Positions 53,977 through 64,000 of a DNA stretch of 64,000 nt are shown piece after piece. Source of the stretch: Octopus vulgaris (taxonomy: Eukaryota); NCBI GenBank assembly GCA_951406725.2, contig OX597817.1:55738001-55802000 (forward strand), written 5' to 3'. The position numbers and the translations under genes were made by a program. The notes below the pieces were generated by a model that saw only the letters and a program-made list of their open reading frames with translations, made no database searches and had not been told where the DNA came from. Each line of letters opens with the position of its first letter. Position 1 is the stretch's first letter.

Positions 53977-54651
53977 CACCATCAACATGATACACAGCGA
54001 ATTCCGCCCGTCCTAGTTTAAATTATTACGGAAACAGCTTTAAAGAGAATCAGTCAGTTGCTGCTATTATTTTTTTAAACTTTATACTTTGTCATGGTGG
54101 GAAAGAAAAGTATTGATAATTTCACCAGCCTTTCAATTATATATTAATTTTCTGGATTACGTACTATACACACTCTTTGCCACATAAGATATTCATCATT
54201 CATCTCCTCACTCAGAGAATCTAGAAATACCCAGAATCCTTTGTAACTCCCTCCGTTCTGTTGGTTCTTATATAATTCATGTTATCTTCAGAACATCATC
54301 GAGCTGTTTAAATAGTTCTCTGCATTTCAAAATACCTTGCCCAATGCCACTGCCTTAGTAGATGTAGATATTTCTCCAGAAATGTGCACCAACTGTCCAG
54401 AAGCCGTTAATACTTTCCAGAAATAAAAACAGCACATCTTCATGATAAAGGACTATCACTGCAAATTTGGAAAGATTAGATGCATATTTTATACATTGCA
54501 CAATATAAGGTCGCTCACTGCATTCTTTTTTGGGGGGCTTCACTGCTTGCAAATTATATATGCTGCTCAAGACAACGCTCAATGTAAATTTTACATATTG
54601 TGTCTCCTTATTTTAAACCGGGCTCTATATAAAGATAACCACAACAAGACT

Positions 54652-55114
54652 TATTCATTTACTTTTTACATGTTTCAGTCATTTGACTGTGGCCATGCTA
54701 GAGCATCACCCTTATTCGAGCAAACCGACAGCAGGACTTACTTTTTGGAAGCCTAGTATTTATTCTATCGGTCTCTTTTGCCGAACTGCTAAGTTACGGG
54801 GACGTAAACACACCAGACTCAGTTGTCAAGCGATGTTGAGGGGACAAACACAGATACACAAACATACACACGCACATACATATATATGTATGGAAACTGA
54901 AAGAAGCCCGTCGTATATATGTATATATATATATATATATATACATATATACGACGGGCTTCTTTCAGTTTCCGTCTACCAAATCCACTCACAAGGTTTC
55001 GGTCGGCCCGGGGCTATAGTAGAAGACACTTGCCCGCGGTGCCACGCAGTGGGACTGAACCCGGAACCATGTGGTTGGTAAGCAAGCTACTTACCACACA
55101 ACCACTCCTACGCC
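54652..55114 (-). mobile_element. SINE family B, full length, containing a perfect 82-bp palindrome (54892-54973)
   Basis: Family consensus on the minus strand with an extra inverted GGAAACTGAAAGAAGCCCGTCG. Confidence 0.9.
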
Positions 55115-55512
55115 TATGGTAATATTGTATGCTTATTTCATATACTGCGTACAATGAACTCCGATTTATTAGATTATTGATTACATTGATATGTTTGTTA
55201 TCCTCTGATCGATCCATTATTTCCTTCTTGCCTCTCTGATAATCAGCGTACATTTCCAAAGAAGTGTGCTCCACCATAGGAATATTAAATTCCTTTAAGT
55301 TTGGAGGCTGCCAGAGTCGTTACCGTAGTCGAACAAACGCTTAGCGGTGTTTCTTCCGCCTTTGTATTCTCAGCTCAAATTCCGCCATGTTCGCCTATGA
55401 TTTTCGTCCTGTCAAAATCGATAAAACAAGTACCAGTTATATACTGCGGTCGATGAAATCCACTTTCGCCTTCCCCCTAAGACGAGGACATTTTATCTGT
55501 GTGCATATGTGT

Positions 55513-55555
<43 letters not shown>

Positions 55556-55728
55556 AGTGTATGTGTGTGTGCATGTGCGTGTGTATGTATATATGTAAAG
55601 ATATAAAAATAGATAGATAGTTATATTGGATATAGATATAGAAATACACATACACATATATAGATTTACGAATATACAAGTATATATATATGTGTGTGTG
55701 TCTATATACTTCCATATATATATATATG

Positions 55729-55800
<72 letters not shown>

Positions 55801-55811
55801 TGTGTGTGTGT

Positions 55812-56115
55812 GGAGGCGCAATGGCCCAGGGGTTAGGGCAGCAGACTCGCGGTCGTAGGATCGTGGTTTTGATTCCCAGACCAGGCGTTGTGTGTGTTTA
55901 TTGAGCAAATACACCTTAAAGCTCCACGAAGCTCCGGCAGGGGGTGCTGATCCCTGCTGTACTCTTTCATCACTCTTTCTCTGACTCTTTCCTCTGTTGG
56001 CCTGCTCGCTTAGCCAGCGGGGTGGCGTATCTTCAAAGGCTAAAACAATGCAAACGCATGGTGACCAGCGATGTGTAGCAACATCTGATGGTCTGGGCGG
56101 TCACGTGACGTGACG
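55812..56115 (+). mobile_element. SINE family C, full length, tail type 2
   Basis: tRNA-like head GGAGGCGCAATGGCCCAGGGGTTAGGGCAGCAGACTCGCGGTC...GGTTTTGATTCCC, body shared with 13241, (GTGAC)n end. Confidence 0.85.
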
Positions 56116-56134
56116 TAATATATATATATATATA

Positions 56135-56196
<62 letters not shown>

Positions 56197-56254
56197 ATAT
56201 ATATATATATATATACATCGATCAAATATATATATATATATATACATATATATG

Positions 56255-56288
<34 letters not shown>

Positions 56289-56308
56289 CAGACATATATA
56301 TATATATA

Positions 56309-56366
<58 letters not shown>

Positions 56367-56490
56367 TGAATCTGTGTGTTTGCGTATCTACACGATGGTG
56401 TTTACGGCCACGTCTATAACACAGTAATTGCTATCAATAACTTTTTATGGATGACAATCTATATACAAGTTCTTCGAAGTTATTTGTATC

Positions 56491-56570
<80 letters not shown>

Positions 56571-56709
56571 ATATATGTGTGTGAGTGTATATATGTATGG
56601 ATTTATATATATATATATATTTATATATATATACATATATGTATATATATACATATTCATATATATTTATATATGTATATATATGTACCGTTATATTAAC
56701 GTACGCATT

Positions 56710-56768
<59 letters not shown>

Positions 56769-56943
56769 CTATATAGGCATATATATATACATACATACAC
56801 ATATATATATACATATAATCTTCGTGCACACTCATACATTCATACACAGTAACGCGGTATGTAGAGATACATGCTTAGATAAATATATAAGTCCATTCAT
56901 ATATAACACACGTATATATATATACATATAAATATAAATGTAT

Positions 56944-57016
<73 letters not shown>

Positions 57017-57425
57017 GAGAGAGAGAGAGAAATAAGCTATCACTGCCTATCTATTCCATTTATGTAAATTTTGCAGCGAATTTATAAGAGTAGATATTTT
57101 ATTGCTTATTGTAAAATATGCGTGCTATCTATGACTCCATCAATATATCGATAGATCAATAACGGCTTGGCAAATACCCTCGTTACCAAATCGACAATAT
57201 ATAGTGAGCCATGATAAAAACTGAAACTGACTGATTGCTACACTTGAAAGGACGTTTCTGGAAATTTGGCCCCGCTTGTATTACAATACATCAATTCACA
57301 GAAAACTGCTTCAAAGGGGTCTGCATGTGATAAAGTCCCTACTTTTCCAAGGAAAAACAGGAAGATATGGTAGAGGGAATGAATATATGTATATATGCGT
57401 ATGCATACATACATACATACATACA

Positions 57426-57519
<94 letters not shown>

Positions 57520-57896
57520 CGTATACATTTATACGTATGCATATACTTATAGAAATATGTGCGTGTGTGTGTGTCTACACCTCCACTACTGTTGTGCTTG
57601 GAAATGCATATATATGTTTATATACATATATGTATGTGTGCGTGTGTGTGTGCGTGTGTGTGTATAATAAATACATACATATATATATATATATATAAAT
57701 ATATATATATATGTATATATATATGTATATACATATATATATATATACGTATATATATGTGTGTATATATATATATGTCTACGTATATATATATATACTG
57801 ACGTACATACGCAGTGACACTCACAACCACCCTCATATACTTTCTCCCTTATCGATTCCTTCTTTTTCTCCATCTCTTTCTCTCACCCTCTATATG

Positions 57897-57953
<57 letters not shown>

Positions 57954-58419
57954 GTCTGTCTGTCTATCTGTCTATCTCTCTCTCTCTCTCTCGCTTCCTG
58001 AATGAGAAAGGAAGTAACAAAGAAGAGAAAAGAAACAAATTGGTAACAGTAATACCAACACATCGATATCAACAACAACAATAACAAAAAACAACAACAA
58101 CAATAGCAACACCAATAAGATCGTGAAAAATTACTGCTTTCTAATTCAGCAAATGGAAATATATGTGTAATAATAATAATAACAATAAAAATAAGAACAG
58201 CAACAGAATTAAAATAAATAGTAATAAATAGAAGAATAAATACAACAGAAATAACGACAATAATATGAATAACAACAATAAGGCCAATAACAACGATGAT
58301 AGCAATAAAAAATACGATTACAACACGAACAAAACAATAATAATATTGAGAAAAAAAGGCAATACAAATAAATAACAGATATAACATAAATATCAATAAT
58401 AACAATAACAATAACGACG

Positions 58420-58466
58420 ACGACAACGACAACGATGATGATGATGATGATGACGATGATGATATT

Positions 58467-58510
<44 letters not shown>

Positions 58511-58569
58511 TAATAATAACAATAATAACAATGATAATGATGATATCAATAATAATAATAATAATAATG

Positions 58570-58651
<82 letters not shown>

Positions 58652-58725
58652 TAATAATATTGATAATGATGATGATGATGATAATAATAATAACAATAAT
58701 GATGATAATAATAATGATATTAATA
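58420..58725. repeat. (GAT)n/(AAT)n tract; similar tracts at 59880-60345 and 62655-62910
   Basis: Seen directly. Confidence 0.95.
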
Positions 58726-58824
58726 AAGGGAAAATTACTGCGTTCAAATACAGCAAATGGAACCAATATGAAATAAAAGTTAACATGAAAGAGAAATTGT
58801 AAAAAAAATATAGACAGAAATTGA

Positions 58825-58889
<65 letters not shown>

Positions 58890-59144
58890 CATACACAAAC
58901 ACATATATATATATACACCTATATATTTATATATATACATACATATATTTGTGTGTGTGAGTGTGTGTGTGTACATGTATGTATATATTGTATATGCATA
59001 TATATGTGTGTATAAACAATCAGGTGTAAACAAATAAAGGCAAAATCCGATTATTTTATCGAAAGAATGGAGGAATCAAACACACACACACGCACACATG
59101 CTCGCACACGCTCACATATGTATATATACATATACAGATAAGTA

Positions 59145-59207
<63 letters not shown>

Positions 59208-59372
59208 ATATATATACATATAGATATATGTATCTATATTCATGTTTATTAAACATATCTATCTATATATACATATACCTATATATAAATATATATATAT
59301 ATATATATACATCCAGTTCATAAGTCCATAGATATATACATACATACGTAACTGCTTAAATCATATGTATTC

Positions 59373-59410
<38 letters not shown>

Positions 59411-59925
59411 GTTATATATGTCTAAATAGAGGTGTTGTGTGAAAGAGAGAGAATAGATATATATACATGTAAATATATATATATATATTTACATATGTGT
59501 GTGTATGTACATATATGTATATGTGTGTGTATGTGTGTGAATGTGTGCGTATTTATATACATATATGTTTGTATATGAATGCATATATGAATGCACATAT
59601 GTTTGTGTATATACGTATGTATATCTGTGTGTATGCACGTAATGCTTGATATATGCATATGTCGGGGGTTTTTTTCTTCTCCCCGTACACATATGTACAC
59701 ATCGAAAACATAAGTGATTCGGAAATCGAAGCCTATTGAACAAAATCGAAGCGTGCTGATACATTTGGTGGATTGCTCGTGAATGGGATTAAAAACGTCA
59801 ACATCTACAACAACAACAGCAACAACAACAAAACAACAATAGCAGCGTTGCTGCTGATGAGAATACTATCAATATTAATGAAAATAATAACAACAACAGT
59901 AATAATAACAACGATAATAATCTTG

Positions 59926-59971
<46 letters not shown>

Positions 59972-60223
59972 TGATGATGATGATGATAGTAATGATGATG
60001 ATGATGATGATAATAATGATGATGATGATGATGATGATAATAATAACTATAATAATAATAATAATAATGATAATAATAACAACAATAATAATAACAATAA
60101 TAACAATAATGATGATGATGATGATGATGATTATGACGATGATGATGATGATGATGATGATGATGGTAAAACACGAACAAAATCTACAGCAACAACAACA
60201 ACAATAACAACAACAACAACAAC

Positions 60224-60339
<116 letters not shown>

Positions 60340-60465
60340 TAATGGTAATTTGTTTCCAGGTTTTCTTTCATTCTTCTTTTTATACACCCAAGTAATATGT
60401 CTGTTATTTTATTTTAATATTGGAAATCATGCTTACTAAAGGCAGCTTCAGCAGCGGCAGCAGCC

Positions 60466-60504
<39 letters not shown>

Positions 60505-60797
60505 TAGTAATCTTCAGCAGTAATAATTATTGTTTTAAACAGCCACAAATCCAGCAAATTTAGGATTTGGCGGGACGGGTTCAGTTCGTTATTCGAAACC
60601 CAGAAGATAAGGGGTACTTTACAATCATTGACTCTGGAAAGGTGAAGGGCAAAGTTAATTTCGGTGAGATTTGAAATATGGACCTAATGAGCTGGATGAA
60701 CAGCTTCTGAAAATTTTGTTCTACGCGCTAGCAATTTTGTCAATTCGCTATGTTCGTAAAATAATAATAATTGCTGTTGTTGGTGGTGGTGGTGTCG

Positions 60798-60838
<41 letters not shown>

Positions 60839-60954
60839 GCTGCTGCTGCTGTTGTTGTTGTTGTTGTTGTAGTTGTTGTTGTTGTTGTTGATAGGAGAAG
60901 AAGGAAGAGGAGGAGGGGGAGGAGGAGGAATAATAATAAGAAGAAGAAGAAATA

Positions 60955-61043
60955 GAAGAAGAAAAAGAAGAAGAAGAAGAAGAAGAAGAAGAAGAAGAAG
61001 AAGAAGAAGAAGAAGAAGAAGAAGAAGAAGAAGAAGAAGAAGA
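60955..61043. repeat. (GAA)n polypurine tract
   Basis: Seen directly. Confidence 0.95.
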
Positions 61044-62654
61044 ATTTGCTCTTCATAAATGATCTGAAGCTTTATAGTAAGAATGGGAAATATATAGATT
61101 CCTTAACGCAGAGTGTAAGACCCTTCAGCAAAGACATAGGCATGGAATTTGGCATAAATAAATGTGCAATATTAGTCATGAGAAGGGGACAGGTAGTCAA
61201 CAGCGAAGGCATCCCATTACCAGATGACCGGGAGAGAATTATAAGTATTTAGGAGTAGTAGAATTTGATAGAGTACTAACTATAGAAATGAAAACGAAAA
61301 TTGAGAAGGAGTACACCAGAAGGGTGAGGAGGCTAATGAAGTCAAAGCCAAATGGTCCGAATCTAGTGAAGACCGTAAATAGTTGAGCAGTATCATTACT
61401 TAGATACTCAGTAGCTTTTGTAGACTAAATTTGCTAAGCCAGACAGAAGAACTAAGGAATAATTCAATATTAATGGAGTAGCAAGATTATACCTACCAAG
61501 AAAGGAAGGTGAAAGAGGATTAATATCAGTAGAAGACTGCGTGGATTAGCTAGAGTAGATATTAAAAGCTGCTAGTGTCACATTAGGACACAGAGAAACC
61601 ATAAAGCCAAATGAATTTAATAAACCAGAAAACAAAACGAAAGTCATTTCACTTGCAGGGAAAGGCTTTGCGTGGTAGAATTCGAAAGATAGTCGCAGCA
61701 AATAGTAATAGTCAGACTTGGTGAGACAAGGAGTAATTGGAGAAAAGCCAAGATAGACAAAAATCAAGTAGATTCCTAACGTAGTTTATGCAAATCAAAA
61801 GAGGAAAGTGAAGTATATTTGCCATTTAAATATGGCTAACCCCTAAGGGTGTATGCTACTGTAGCTTGTAGCCCCAGGGTGTTGCAAATACTGATAGGGC
61901 ACAGAAAGTGTGTCAATAGCCAGCTGGAGGAGGTGTCGTCCTGGGGCTACAAGCTAGAGTAACATCCACCCTTAGGGGTTAGCCATATTTAAATGGCGAA
62001 TATACTTCACGATGTGTTGCAGCTACTGAGATTTATTATTGCTTATAAAAGAGGAAATTGTTATTCATATAATAAATGAAAGTAGCACATAAAGAATACA
62101 AGTAAAGACATGACAACCTAGGAGGAAAGATATGGCAGTCTAGGGAGAGTAATCCACAGGGAGTTATGTAGAAAACTAGGATTTGATCACACTGATAAAT
62201 GGTAAGAACATGAACCTAGGAAAGTACTAGAAAATAAGAGATATAAAGTGTTGTGATGACAGAGTCATAGAAGCTAGAAGGCTTGATGTAGTCGTAGGAG
62301 ATAAAGAGAATAGAAAGTGCCAGATAATTGACTTTACAGTCCCAAATCATGAAAAACATCAACATGGGAGGTATAGAAAAAATAGCAAAGTACCAGGAAC
62401 TAGTCATTGAATTACAGAGACAATGGAAAGTGCGAGTAAAATGTATTCCAGTAGTTACAGGTGCATTAGGAACTATCCGTAAAGATTTGAACAAAAGGAT
62501 GGATGACATGGGCATACAACCCAGTTTAGTATAGCTCCAGAAAACAGTGTTATTAGGGGCAACTAGGATACTTAGGAGGGTTCTTGGCATCTAAAGTTAC
62601 TCGTTGTAGCCCTATGTTAGGAATTTTTCTTTTCTAACAGTCTCATCTGTTGTG

Positions 62655-62655
<1 letters not shown>
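61044..62655 (+). mobile_element. R4/Dong-like non-LTR retrotransposon, 5'-truncated and decayed (RT C-terminal half plus restriction-like endonuclease)
   Basis: LLFINDLKLY (YMDD region)...FSKDIGMEFGINKCA; RLYLPRKEG.RGL; IIDF; EKIAKYQEL...W...IPVVTGALGTI...LQKTVLLGATRILRRVLGI*; multiple stops and frameshifts; 3' (TAA)n. Confidence 0.92.
61808..62046. mobile_element. Fold-back pLTR-like element inserted into the LINE, 14-bp TSD
   Basis: ~70 bp arms 61808-61878 / 61940-62010; TSD AAAAGAGGAAAGTG (61797-61810) / AAAAGAGGAAATTG (62047-62060); LINE reading resumes after removal. Confidence 0.9.
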
Positions 62656-62728
<73 letters not shown>

Positions 62729-62839
62729 TGATGATGATAATAATGATAATAATAATAATATAATGATAACAATAATTATAATGATGATGCTAATGATAAT
62801 AATAACAACAACAACAACAACAATGATAATAATAATAAT

Positions 62840-62911
<72 letters not shown>

Positions 62912-62996
62912 CCTTTCTACTAAAGTCACAAGGCCTCGAATTTTGAGGAAGGATGCAATTCGATTAGATCGAACCCTATGATAAACATTTCCCATT

Positions 62997-63605
62997 GATG
63001 CAACAAACTAAAGATATAAAGAGCCTGATAGATAAAAACACCAGACGAAAAACCGATTCCCTAATTATAGCCCCTCAAGAACAAGACATTTGGACAAATT
63101 TAATGAAGGTAAAAGTCTATTCAGATTGCAAAAATCTCAGTCAGATTGCAAAAGCAGAATCTGTAAGAAACGAGACGAAAGTATTAATCATGTCTTGACT
63201 GAAAGCAGTCTGCTAGAGCAAAAAGACTGTAAGCGCTATTATGACAGCCTGGGTAACTGAGTATTGACATATTTGCCAAGCTTCGTATTAACAGGGAAGT
63301 GGCATGAACACGAACCACAGGCTGCGACAGAGTATATGTCCTCCAGAATCTTATGGTACACTCTTATAAAAGTTTACCATAATATTGAACCAAGAATTCT
63401 TGGTATGATCATAGAGGACAAAATAAATAGAGTACAATAATAGATTTTGCAATTTCTTATGATAGCAGAGACGATACCAAAGAAACTGAAAAAAAATCGA
63501 GAAATATCAGGATTTGGCTAGAGTACTGAGGACACTCTGTACTCTATTTTTCCAGTGGTAATCTGCCCTTGGACAACTCTCCAAATGCTTCCTAAGAGAA
63601 TGAAA
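62997..63605 (+). mobile_element. Second R4/Dong-like LINE fragment (zinc knuckle plus RLE), decayed
   Basis: TDSLIIAPQEQ, RICKKRDESINHVL, WHEHEPQ, IIDFAISYD, EKYQDLA. Confidence 0.85.
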
Positions 63606-63813
63606 TGTTCGTGGCTTTGAGTAAAAGAAAATACAGCAGGATCAGTTACCTACCCCTCTCTCAGATTCGCACACTTATTGCAGCGGTCTTTCAGTTTTTC
63701 TAAGAACTTAGAAGTTGTTTTTGTCTTTTGTTCTTTTACATACTTCAGTCATTTTGACTGCGGCCATTCTGGAACACCGTCTTAAAGGGTATCTATATAT
63801 ACATATACATACC

Positions 63814-63898
<85 letters not shown>

Positions 63899-63954
63899 AT
63901 GTATATATATATATATACACACACACATATATATATATATGTATATATATATAA

Positions 63955-63998
<44 letters not shown>

Positions 63999-64000
63999 GT

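Noticed and set aside
54355-54582. Protein-kinase-like exon (RPYIVQ…LFLESING)
   Set aside because: Only superficial similarity; no downstream HRD/DFG motifs and no clear splice sites.
55812-55885. Functional tRNA genes (also 7153-7216 and SINE heads)
   Set aside because: Cloverleaf acceptor stems are not intact and each continues into a repeat body; they are tRNA-derived heads.

Overview
This is AT-rich, extremely microsatellite-dense eukaryotic non-coding DNA. The repeat families look like those of an octopus or other coleoid cephalopod, though that is an inference. I could not support any intact host protein-coding exon: nearly all listed ORFs are translations of (TA)n, (CA)n, (TACA)n, (TAA)n or (GAA)n tracts or of SINEs. 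The window is a mosaic of three or more tRNA-derived SINE families, non-autonomous Helitrons, Tc1/mariner and hAT remnants, decayed LINEs (R4/Dong-like, CR1/L2-like, RTE-like), a 5S rRNA pseudogene and a recent ~1.76 kb tandem duplication. The most interesting hidden layer is a population of small non-coding elements carrying minimal type-I hammerhead ribozymes with palindromic stem III. There are about 7 recognisable, sequence-unrelated copies plus decayed ones. Several sit in fold-back insertions with 12-14 bp target-site duplications and a shared asymmetric architecture, and one family also carries a tRNA-derived Pol III head. These resemble Penelope-like pseudo-LTRs or retrozymes. Also notable are a 35-bp minisatellite born from a SINE segment, a SINE flanked by a ~107 bp duplication, and a perfect 82-bp palindrome. 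Coordinates were read by eye and element ends are approximate.
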